From: Deltaproteobacteria bacterium
GTDB taxonomy: Bacteria > Desulfobacterota > Desulfobulbia > Desulfobulbales > UBA5123
Assembly (NCBI GenBank): GCA_021788685.1
Contig: JAJYKH010000001.1
Span: 1 to 28,084 of the forward strand
Length of the DNA stretch: 28,084 bases
Direction of reading: 5' to 3'
Part shown: piece after piece, positions 14,447 through 21,579 of the stretch
Layout: each line of letters opens with the position of its first letter
How positions within the stretch are numbered: position 1 is the first letter of the stretch
The notes under the pieces: generated by a model
Told to the model about the DNA's origin: nothing
The model's database searches: none
Seen by the model: the letters and a program-made list of their open reading frames with translations, nothing else
Program-made: the position numbers and the translations under genes

Positions 14447-15022
14447 TCAAGCGGCCGGAGCGCCCTTTTCGGCGTCGGCGGCCTTGGCCCGCAGCTGCTC
14501 GGCCAGGATGGTGTGCTTGAAATCGGCGTGGATGGCAGCGGCGGTGCGGTAGGCGTCGGCGGCCCTGTCCCGGTCACCCTTTTCGAGATGGACCTCGGCC
14601 AAGGATTCCAGGACTTCAACGGAACGCCGGGGATTCTTGAATTCGCCGAAGATATCCAGCAGGTCCAGATAAATTCCGATGGCCGCGTCGTACTCCTTCA
14701 AGCCCCGGTGGACGATCGCCAATTTCCTTTTGAGGCTCATGACGCTGAACAGGTCTTTGGCCTTCTCGCAGAGCGCATAGGCCTTCTGGTAGTGCGGCCT
14801 GGCCGCAGCGTAATCCCGGCGCTTGAGGCAGAGGTCGCCCAGCTTGTCGGCGGCATTGGCGACACCGTTGTCGTCACCCTTCTGCTCGTAGCCGACCAGG
14901 GCGTTGTGGAAGGCGTTGGCGGCCTGGGCCAGGTCCCCGTTTTTCAGGAGCTCCTGTCCACGCTCGTACTCCGCCTGGACAGGGTCCTGCGGCTTTTCCT
15001 TTTCTTTGTCCTCGTCAGTCAC
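14447..15022 (-). CDS. Tetratricopeptide-repeat protein (long-helix, SNAP/rapsyn-like repeats)
   Basis: 191 aa; repeated TPR-like units (A..ADKLGDLC...DYAAA..HYQKA; LA.VH.EKGDRDRAADAYRTA); start overlaps the stop of the upstream gene. Confidence 0.8.
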   Translation of the reverse strand: MTDEDKEKEKPQDPVQAEYERGQELLKNGDLAQAANAFHNALVGYEQKGDDNGVANAADKLGDLCLKRRDYAAARPHYQKAYALCEKAKDLFSVMSLKRKLAIVHRGLKEYDAAIGIYLDLLDIFGEFKNPRRSVEVLESLAEVHLEKGDRDRAADAYRTAAAIHADFKHTILAEQLRAKAADAEKGAPAA

Positions 15023-16145
15023 GGCTTGATTCTCCTTGTGGGCGGAGGAGGGAGAGCGCTTCGCGGGCCTGCTTGCCGACCGTGGTGGCGTTCGGCTCCC
15101 CTTCCTCGTAAATGATCAGCTCAGCGTGATCGTCCTGCAGTTTTTCCATGGCGGCGGCCGCTTCGGTCGCCTTGATCCGGCCCAGCAATCGCAGCATATG
15201 GCCGCGCACCGCCGGCTCTTCGTGATCAAGCAGGGGCAGCAGCTGAAAGAAAGGCGTTCTCCGGATCAGGTCCGGCCGGTGCCGGGCGATGGTCCCCAGC
15301 CCCCAGAGGGCCGCGATGCGGGTTGCCGGATCCCGGACATAGGGCAACAGATGCCTGGTGAAGGCGCCGAAAATGTCCGAGCGGGCGGCCACGATGGCGC
15401 CGACCGATTCGATGAGACCCCAGTTGGTCGAGGCCGAATCTGAGCTGGACTCAAACAGGCGGTGGAGCAGGTCGCTCACCGGCCCGGGCTGCCGGGTGGA
15501 AAGCCGGGCGCAGACCTGGCCGAGGAGATGGGCGGTGAGCCAGCGCTGCCGCTCGCCGGGCTCGTAGAGCAGCCGCTGGAGGAAGCGCAGGGTCCGGATG
15601 TCGTCGAAGGTGAGATCGACCAGGCCGTCGATGTCCTTGGCCAGAACCAGCTTGAGGACCAGCTTCTTGTCGGCCCGCTGCCGTTGGCGTTTCGGGTGGC
15701 GCTCGGGCTCGATGGCCGGAGCGGGGGCGGTCCCGGCGGCGGCCGGCTCCTGTTTCTCGCGCAGCCGTTTGCTCAGATCGGCCAGCTCCTTGTGCAGCCG
15801 GACAAAATAGATCACGCCCCGGATTGCCCGGCCGTCCAGGTTTCTGGCTTCGAGCACCTGATGGGTCTGCTCGTCGTAATTCTCGATTCGACCCGTCAGG
15901 TAGTCGTCCCCCGGGATAAGCTCCCAGGCCAGGTCCCAGTTGTCGTCACAGGCGTAAACCAGGGCCTCCACCATGGCGGCGCCGACGTTGTGGCCGGTGG
16001 GATCGCTGGTGTAGACCGCGCCGCACTGGCAGCTGCCCACGGAGAACTCCCCGAGCTTGCGCTGCACCGGTGGCTGCGGCCTGCCAATGGTTTGCCCACA
16101 GAAGGGACACCACGGCGGGGTCTTGATGGCGGCGGCTCGTGGCAT
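15015..16145 (-). CDS. Two-domain protein: N-terminal CxxC...CxC metal-binding-like domain + C-terminal HEAT/PBS-lyase repeats (resembles DVU0298-like proteins of sulfate reducers)
   Basis: CPFCG...CQCGAVY..DPTGHN.GAA..EAL..AC..NWDLAW, then HEAT units (RIAALWGLGTIA, PLLDHEEPAVRGHMLRLLGRI). The family name is recalled, not verified. Confidence 0.75.
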   Translation of the reverse strand: MPRAAAIKTPPWCPFCGQTIGRPQPPVQRKLGEFSVGSCQCGAVYTSDPTGHNVGAAMVEALVYACDDNWDLAWELIPGDDYLTGRIENYDEQTHQVLEARNLDGRAIRGVIYFVRLHKELADLSKRLREKQEPAAAGTAPAPAIEPERHPKRQRQRADKKLVLKLVLAKDIDGLVDLTFDDIRTLRFLQRLLYEPGERQRWLTAHLLGQVCARLSTRQPGPVSDLLHRLFESSSDSASTNWGLIESVGAIVAARSDIFGAFTRHLLPYVRDPATRIAALWGLGTIARHRPDLIRRTPFFQLLPLLDHEEPAVRGHMLRLLGRIKATEAAAAMEKLQDDHAELIIYEEGEPNATTVGKQAREALSLLRPQGESSRD

Positions 16146-16147
16146 CG

Positions 16148-16780
16148 TTACCGCCCGGCCTCTTCGAGGGCCGCCTGGAAGCGCGAATCCACCGGGTAGC
16201 CGAGCTCTTTGGCCTTCTGGGCCTCCTTGCGGGCGGCTCCGTGCTCGTTGTTGTAAAAAAGGGCAACGGCCAGGTTGTTGCGTCCCATGGGAAAGTCGGG
16301 CTCCAGCCGGACGGCCTCCCGGGCGCTTTCCAGGGCTTCCTTGAGGTGGCCCGCCTGGAGGTGGGCCGAGGTGAGGTTGACCCAGGCGGTGGCCAGCTTG
16401 GGATCGTGGCGGGTGGCCTCGGTGTAGGCCGCGATCGCCTTTTCGGCGTCCCCCCGGTGCTGCCAGACCAGACCCATGTTGGCATGGGCCCGCGCCGACT
16501 CGGAGTTGATCCTGATGGCCTTCTCGTTGGCTTCCTGGGCCTTTTCCACGAGCCCCCGCTCGAAGTAGATGCCGCCCAGATTGACGTAGGCCTCCACTGA
16601 GACCGGGTCGATGGCGAGCACCTGCTCCAGCTCTCTTACGGCATCGTCGATGCGGCCGGCCTGGCGGTAGACCAGGGCCAGCTGGTGGTGGGCCATCACC
16701 GATTCGGGAAGCTCAGCGCACTTCTTCTCGAGCTCCGCGATCACCTCATGCAAATCCGCCTGCTTCAGCTGCTCAGCCAT
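16148..16780 (-). CDS. Tetratricopeptide-repeat protein
   Basis: 210 aa with about five canonical TPRs (AYVNLGGIYFERG, AHANMGLVWQHRG, AWVNLTSAH, GRNNLAVALF); GAGGGA RBS. Confidence 0.9.
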   Translation of the reverse strand: MAEQLKQADLHEVIAELEKKCAELPESVMAHHQLALVYRQAGRIDDAVRELEQVLAIDPVSVEAYVNLGGIYFERGLVEKAQEANEKAIRINSESARAHANMGLVWQHRGDAEKAIAAYTEATRHDPKLATAWVNLTSAHLQAGHLKEALESAREAVRLEPDFPMGRNNLAVALFYNNEHGAARKEAQKAKELGYPVDSRFQAALEEAGR

Positions 16781-16795
16781 AATGTTCCCTCGGAG

Positions 16796-16832
16796 AAAAA
16801 AATGGGCGCGCCGGGGTGGGAAACCCCGGCCC
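16796..16832 (-). terminator. Terminator-like hairpin + U7 located 16 nt upstream of the TPR-cassette start codon
   Basis: GCCGGGGT/ACCCCGGC 8-bp stem (16810-16817 / 16823-16830), extendable across a 4-nt bulge, followed on the minus strand by T7 (16802-16796). Confidence 0.45.
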
Positions 16833-16848
16833 GAATGAATCGACTATC

Positions 16849-16940
16849 CCTGAAATCCGTGACGATGGTTCGCTCGTTGGACCTATCCGATGAATCGATG
16901 ACTCATGGCACAACTGCGGATGACCGTTCACGGATTCAGG
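16849..16940. mobile_element. MITE-like element family D, short copy (92 bp)
   Basis: Terminal inverted repeats CCTGA(A)ATCCGTGA / TCACGGATTCAGG; internal 16872-16919 is 42/49 identical to 19622-19670. Confidence 0.6.
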
Positions 16941-17004
16941 TTATGGTAATCATCATCGGGTGGATTGCAAGGGAGGGAGGATACCACATCGGCCATTCGG
17001 CGTC

Positions 17005-17132
17005 AAAAATGATGATCTCGCCAACCCCCCCGAACCCCGGTGAGCGGAAACGAGGAAACAACAAGTTACACGGCGCGGACGGTCGGCGGAGCGGCATATT
17101 GCGAGGCCGACAAAAATCCTGTAGCGTCTTCC
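17005..17132. repeat. Family C structured repeat, copy 2
   Basis: gtcggcggagcggcatattgcgaggccgacaaa (17082-17113), same orientation as copy 1; includes IHF-like AAACAACAAGTTA. Confidence 0.55.
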
Positions 17133-17143
17133 AGACGGGCCGA

Positions 17144-17172
17144 TTGGCGGCGGCCGGCAAAGGGGGTATACT
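17144..17172 (+). promoter_or_regulatory. Sigma70 promoter candidate for dsrN
   Basis: TTGGCG (17144-17149), 17 bp spacer, TATACT (17167-17172). Confidence 0.5.
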
Positions 17173-17211
17173 GACTTCTTTTTTCGCTATTCTTTTTCGG
17201 ATGAAGAGAAA

Positions 17212-18639
17212 ATGACCTCTCTGGATCGAGAACCATCCTGTTGCACGGCGGGCGCCCCCCGCGGCCTGGTCGTCGCCGGCCTTGGCGGGGGCTCGGGAAA
17301 GAGCGTCATCGCGGTGGGCCTGACCGCAGCCCTGGCCCGTCGCGGTCTCCGCGTGGCCCCCTTTAAGAAGGGCCCGGACTACATCGATGCCGGCTGGCTC
17401 CAGCTCGCCGCCGCCAATCCCTGCTACAATCTCGACCCGTACCTCATGACGCCTTCGGCCCTGATCGATTCCTTCCGCCGCCACAGCCGCAGCGCCCAGG
17501 CGGTGGTCATCGAAGGCAACCGGGGGCTGTACGACGGGGTGGACGCGCAGGGCTCTTACAGCACGGCCGAGCTCGCCATCCAGCTCGGCCTGCCGGTGCT
17601 GCTGGTGGTGGACTGCACCAAGACCACCCGCACGGTAGCCGCCATGGTCCTTGGGTGTCAGCGGCTCGACCCGCGGGTGGCGATCCGGGGCGTGGTCCTC
17701 AACCGGATCGGCAGCCCCCGCCATGAGCGGATCATCCGCGAGGCGGTGGAGCGGTATACCGGGGTGCCGGTGCTGGGCGCGGTGCCCCGGCTCAGAGATG
17801 TCTTCCCGCAACGGCACCTGGGGATCACCCCCTGCCCGGAGCACACCGAGGCGGACGGGGCGGTGGCTGCCCTCGCGGCCATGGCCGAAAGCCATCTCGA
17901 TCTCGATGGCGTCCTGGGGGCCATGGCGGAGGTGGAGCTGCCCGCCGCCCCCGGGGCGGAGCCCGGGTGCCCCGCAGCCGCGGCCTCGGCGGTGCGCATC
18001 GGCATCCTCAAGGACGCCGCTTTCCAGTTCTACTATGCCGAGAACCTGAAAGCGCTCGCGGACGAGGGGGCGGAGCTGGTGGAGATCGACGCCCTCCGCG
18101 CCCCGGAGCTGCCGGAGCTGGCGGCACTCTATATTGGCGGTGGATTCCCGGAGACCAGCGCCAGGCAGCTTGCCGCCAATGGACCGTTCCGGGCCTCCCT
18201 CAAGGAGCGGGCCATGGCCGGTTTGCCGGTCTATGCCGAGTGCGGCGGGCTGATCTACCTGGGAGAGAGCATGATCCTGGAAGGGGAGGAGTTTCCCCTG
18301 GTGGGGGTTTTCCCGGTGAAATTCGGCCTGGAGAAAAAGCCCCAGGCCCACGGCTACACCATCCTCCAGGCGGTGGCGGACAACCCTTATTACCCGCGGG
18401 GGGTCGAGATCCGCGGCCACGAGTTCCGCTACAGCCGGGTGCTCGAATGGCGGGGGGAGACGGCAGGCCTCGCCCTGCAGGTCAAGCGCGGGGTCGGGTT
18501 CGCGGACGGCCGCGACGGCCTGGTCCACCGGAACGTGCTGGCCCTCTACACGCATGTGCACGCGGTGGGGACCCCGCTCTGGGCCAAGGCACTCGTAGCC
18601 AAGGCGAGAGAGTATCAGAAGAAGATAAGTGACGAGTGA
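17212..18639 (+). CDS. dsrN: Cobyrinate a,c-diamide synthase family amidotransferase; in this context siroheme amidase DsrN
   Basis: GGGSGKS P-loop, FKKGPDYID, IEGNRGLYDG, FQFYY.ENL, YIGGGFPE, YAECGGLIYL, GHEFRYS. The CobB/CbiA family call is certain; the DsrN call rests on dsrABD proximity. Confidence 0.85.
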   Translation: MTSLDREPSCCTAGAPRGLVVAGLGGGSGKSVIAVGLTAALARRGLRVAPFKKGPDYIDAGWLQLAAANPCYNLDPYLMTPSALIDSFRRHSRSAQAVVIEGNRGLYDGVDAQGSYSTAELAIQLGLPVLLVVDCTKTTRTVAAMVLGCQRLDPRVAIRGVVLNRIGSPRHERIIREAVERYTGVPVLGAVPRLRDVFPQRHLGITPCPEHTEADGAVAALAAMAESHLDLDGVLGAMAEVELPAAPGAEPGCPAAAASAVRIGILKDAAFQFYYAENLKALADEGAELVEIDALRAPELPELAALYIGGGFPETSARQLAANGPFRASLKERAMAGLPVYAECGGLIYLGESMILEGEEFPLVGVFPVKFGLEKKPQAHGYTILQAVADNPYYPRGVEIRGHEFRYSRVLEWRGETAGLALQVKRGVGFADGRDGLVHRNVLALYTHVHAVGTPLWAKALVAKAREYQKKISDE

Positions 18640-18694
18640 CAGGTGACGAGCGAAGGGCAGGATGTCCTCTTGCTCGTCATTTGTTACTTGTCAC
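18629..18694. repeat. Family A heptamer tandem + inverted repeat at convergent junction, copy 2
   Basis: GTGACGA-GTGACAG-GTGACGA (18629-18649), then inverted TCGTCAT-TTGTTAC-TTGTCAC (18674-18694); the dsrN TGA lies in the second unit. Confidence 0.8.
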
Positions 18695-18697
18695 TGT

Positions 18698-19021
18698 CTA
18701 ATGAACGGGCCGGGTGCCGAGCACCTTGGCCTCGATCCTCTTTTTGGCCTCCGGGGCCGGCTCGGGCTTGCTCCAGTGGATGAAGGCTTCGATGACCCGG
18801 GCGAAGGCGCCATTGTCCTGCTTGCACTGGTCGCAGATCGACAGGGCGCCGTCCCGGTACATGATGACCTTGCTGGCAGGCTCCCCATCCTTATCGACGG
18901 CGGCCATTTTCCGGCAGCCGCACGCCAGGCGGACCACCGCCACCCCGATGCCGTCCGGGCTGCCTTCCAGGATGCCTTCGATCATCGCTTCTTCCGATTT
19001 TTCTATGGTTCTCTTCGTCAT
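18698..19021 (-). CDS. Conserved-looking hypothetical protein (107 aa) with CxC and CxxC motifs
   Basis: MTKRTIEKSEEAMIEGILEGSPDGIGVAVVRLACGCRKM...ICDQCKQD; natural-looking composition. The ATG at 19021 is preferred over 19084. Confidence 0.7.
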   Translation of the reverse strand: MTKRTIEKSEEAMIEGILEGSPDGIGVAVVRLACGCRKMAAVDKDGEPASKVIMYRDGALSICDQCKQDNGAFARVIEAFIHWSKPEPAPEAKKRIEAKVLGTRPVH

Positions 19022-19220
19022 GTCGTCTCGACCGTGGTTGAGGCCAAAAGGGCTCTTCCCCCAGGGGAATTCCTTCATGGGCACCTGCTGCCCCGTGAAA
19101 CGTTCATCCTAAAGGATCGCCCGGCGGCGGTCAACTCCTCGCGGCAGGCCGCCGGGATTCGGCTTGACCGGCCCGCCGCCCAAGCGGAGCCGGCTTTTTC
19201 TATTGACAAAAAAATGAGGG

Positions 19221-19249
19221 TTGATTAGAGGAGTATTGTCTCTTATCAT
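19221..19249 (+). promoter_or_regulatory. Sigma70 promoter candidate for the ferredoxin gene
   Basis: TTGATT (19221-19226), 17 bp spacer, TATCAT (19244-19249); an additional TTGACA at 19203. Confidence 0.5.
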
Positions 19250-19349
19250 GTAAAACGGCAAGTCGGATAAAGCAACGGATAAGGCCCTGCACCCCCTTGG
19301 GTGGCGTGGCTTTTATTCACCATCCCTTTCTCTTTTGGAGGTTACGATT

Positions 19350-19535
19350 ATGTTCCAGATTGAAGTGAACAAGGACAAGTGCACGGGCGATGAGGAATGC
19401 GTCAATGCCTGCCCTGCGCAGGTTTACGAGATCGTCGACGGCAAATCCGAGCCGGTCAACTCCGACGAGTGCCTCGGCTGCGAGACCTGCGTCGAGGTCT
19501 GCCCGGAAGGGGCGATCACCGTCACCGAAGTCTGA
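19350..19535 (+). CDS. fdx: Small dicluster ferredoxin (61 aa), first site CxxDxxC
   Basis: CTGDEECVNACP and CLGCETCVEVCP motifs; ATG at 19350 with GGAGG RBS at 19337-19341. Confidence 0.93.
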   Translation: MFQIEVNKDKCTGDEECVNACPAQVYEIVDGKSEPVNSDECLGCETCVEVCPEGAITVTEV

Positions 19536-19563
19536 TTGACGTTATTGCCGCCGCGGTTATGAT

Positions 19564-19598
19564 GGGCCTGTCTCCTGCGAGGCAGGCCTATTTATTTT
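19564..19598 (+). terminator. Intrinsic terminator after the ferredoxin gene
   Basis: 11-bp stem GGGCCTGTCTC/GAGGCAGGCCT (two G-U pairs), 4-nt loop, tail ATTTATTTT. Confidence 0.75.
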
Positions 19599-19783
19599 CC
19601 TGAATCCGTGAGGACGGGTGAGCTCGTTGGACCTGTCTCATTGATCGATGGCTCATGGCACCAACTGCGGCCGTGCATGGCGTCCCCGTCGCTCTTCGGG
19701 GCGTCCGTCCGCACGCCATCTCCTTTGACGGCAACCGTTCGATAAAGCCCACTTTAATCGAACGGGCGCCTTCACGGATCTGG
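19599..19783. mobile_element. MITE-like element family D, long copy (~185 bp)
   Basis: Left end CCTGAATCCGTGA, right end TTCACGGATCTGG, core shared with 16872-16919, internal hairpins ATGGCGT/ACGCCAT and CCGTTCGAT/ATCGAACGG. Confidence 0.6.
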
Positions 19784-19959
19784 CACACGGACGAACGCTC
19801 CCGGTTCAGAACTTTGGGAAACGATCAGCAGCGGCTGCGTCGGCCAAGCCCACCGCGGCAACTTAGCCCGCAAAATTTTTCTCGTATCTTCGCTTGCTGA
19901 CGCTTATCGGCAGGGGCCGGCGCAACCACTCTCCTTTGCAACCTTTTTCCATATCCTGA

Positions 19960-20382
19960 ATGAGAGGAAAGCTCACACGATACAAACCCGGGGCCACCAT
20001 CCGGACCCATCTGCTGGTGGCGGCCGCCATCTGGTCGCTGGTGGGAGCCATGCTGATGGTCCGGGGGCTGCTCGGCCTTGCCGCCCCCGATCGCTCTCTT
20101 TTCGGGCTGGCCGGGGTGGCGGCCGGAACCCTCAAGTCGCGGCTGGTGCTCGACCGGACGGCCCGCCGTAACATCCGGCGCCTCCTCGCCTGCGAGAACG
20201 GGATGTGCCTGGGGGCGGTCTATACCGCCAGAATGTGGGGGCTCATCCTGCTGATGATCGCCGGCGGCCGGTTGCTGTGGGCGTTTGGCCCGGCCCGCGT
20301 TGCCGGGCTGGTCTACGTGGCCATCGGCTGGGCACTGCTCCTCTCGAGCCGGCTCATCTGGCGGCAATGGAAAACAATTTGA
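19960..20382 (+). CDS. Hypothetical integral membrane protein (about 4 TM segments)
   Basis: 140 aa with four hydrophobic stretches; co-oriented upstream of alr. Confidence 0.75.
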   Translation: MRGKLTRYKPGATIRTHLLVAAAIWSLVGAMLMVRGLLGLAAPDRSLFGLAGVAAGTLKSRLVLDRTARRNIRRLLACENGMCLGAVYTARMWGLILLMIAGGRLLWAFGPARVAGLVYVAIGWALLLSSRLIWRQWKTI

Positions 20383-20433
20383 TTTTTGAAGTGTGATTAT
20401 TCAAATCAAAAATCAGCGATCAAAATCAAAAAT
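20378..20433. repeat. Family B repeat, copy 3
   Basis: TGATTTTTGA (20380-20389) pairs perfectly with TCAAAAATCA (20406-20415), with extra AATCAAAA units; contains the TGA of the membrane-protein gene. Confidence 0.75.
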
Positions 20434-20448
20434 AGGACGCGCGCGTCC

Positions 20449-21579
20449 ATGAGCCATTCCCTGAATCGGGTCGAGATCGACCTTGGTGCTCTCCGCCATA
20501 ACTACCGGGCACTGCAGGAGCAGGCGGGGAAAGGGGCCGAGGTCCTTGCCATGGTGAAGGCGGATGCCTATGGCCACGGCCTGGTGCCTGTGGCCCGGAC
20601 CCTGGCAGCGGCCGGGGCGCGTACCTTCGGCGTGGCCGAGATCGAGGAGGGGATCGCCCTGCGCCAGGCGGGCCTCGAAGGCGAGGTCATCGTTCTCTTG
20701 GGAGCGCCGGCGGACAGGCTGGACGAGGTGATCGTCCACCGGCTGAGCCCGGTGGTCTTCGACCTGGAAATGCTCGCGGAGCTCTCCCGCCGGGCCGTAT
20801 TGGCGGAGACCCGGGTCGACGTTCACCTGAAGGTGGACGTGGGCATGGGCCGCCTGGGCATTCTGCCCCCGGAGCTGCCCCACTTCCTGGACTCGCTCTC
20901 CCGCTTGCCCGGGGTCCGGCTCGCCGGGGTTTCCAGCCATCTGCCCATGGCCGACCGGCCCCAGGCGGCGGTCACCCGGGAGCAATGCCGGCTTTTCATG
21001 GAGATTGCGGCGCGGGTGAGGCAAGCGAGCCCGGAGGCGCGGTTTCATCTGGCCAATTCCGCCGCGCACCTCAACCTGCCCGAAACCCGGCTCGACATGG
21101 TGCGGCCGGGGATCGCCCTCTACGGCGGCCAGCCGGGCGGGCCGACAGCCGGGGGATTCCGGCCGGTGATGAGCTTCCGAAGCCGGATTCAGCAGGTGAA
21201 GGAGGTCCCGGCCGGTACCGGCCTCAGCTATGGTCACACCTTCGTCACCTCCCGGCCGAGCCGGGTGGCCGTGCTGCCGGTGGGCTACGATGATGGGCTG
21301 CTCCGCCGTCTCTCCAACCGGGCGGCGGTGCTCATCGGCGGCCGGCGGGTCCCGCTGCGGGGGAACATCTGCATGAACGCCTGCATGGCGGACGTGACCG
21401 ATTTGCCGGCAGTGCGGCCCGGGGACGAGGTGGTCCTCCTGGGCCGCCAGGGCGGGGAGGCGATTACCGCCGGGGAGATCGCCGGCTGGCTGGAAACCAT
21501 CGACTACGAAGTACTGTGCCTCGTCGGCGGCCTTAATGCGCGGCTGTACGTCGGGGCGGAGAGAGGAACAGGGGAATGA
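20449..21579 (+). CDS. alr: Alanine racemase
   Basis: EIDLGALRHN, PLP lysine motif VKADAYGHG, HLKVDVGMGRLG, HLANSA, VRPGIALYG, GLSYG, LPVGYDDG, G.ICMN. The start is set at ATG 20449; the upstream extension is repeat-derived. Confidence 0.97.
   Translation: MSHSLNRVEIDLGALRHNYRALQEQAGKGAEVLAMVKADAYGHGLVPVARTLAAAGARTFGVAEIEEGIALRQAGLEGEVIVLLGAPADRLDEVIVHRLSPVVFDLEMLAELSRRAVLAETRVDVHLKVDVGMGRLGILPPELPHFLDSLSRLPGVRLAGVSSHLPMADRPQAAVTREQCRLFMEIAARVRQASPEARFHLANSAAHLNLPETRLDMVRPGIALYGGQPGGPTAGGFRPVMSFRSRIQQVKEVPAGTGLSYGHTFVTSRPSRVAVLPVGYDDGLLRRLSNRAAVLIGGRRVPLRGNICMNACMADVTDLPAVRPGDEVVLLGRQGGEAITAGEIAGWLETIDYEVLCLVGGLNARLYVGAERGTGE

Noticed and set aside
16904-16918. TGGCAC words at ~16906, ~19656 and ~19781 as sigma54 promoters
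   Set aside because: The GG to GC spacing is 7-8 nt or the -12 TTGC is missing; the required GG-N10-GC is not met
19599-19783. 185-nt closed-end structure as 6S RNA; ORFs 19588..19788 and 19655..19900 as genes
   Set aside because: I see no recognisable 6S central-bubble sequence, the usual zapA/rny context is absent, and a deleted second copy exists nearby. The ORFs are low-complexity translations of the element.
20386-20448. N-terminal extensions of alr (from 20386) and the NifX protein (from 10271) given by the ORF track
   Set aside because: The extensions are translations of the family B repeat, and downstream ATGs match the family start positions
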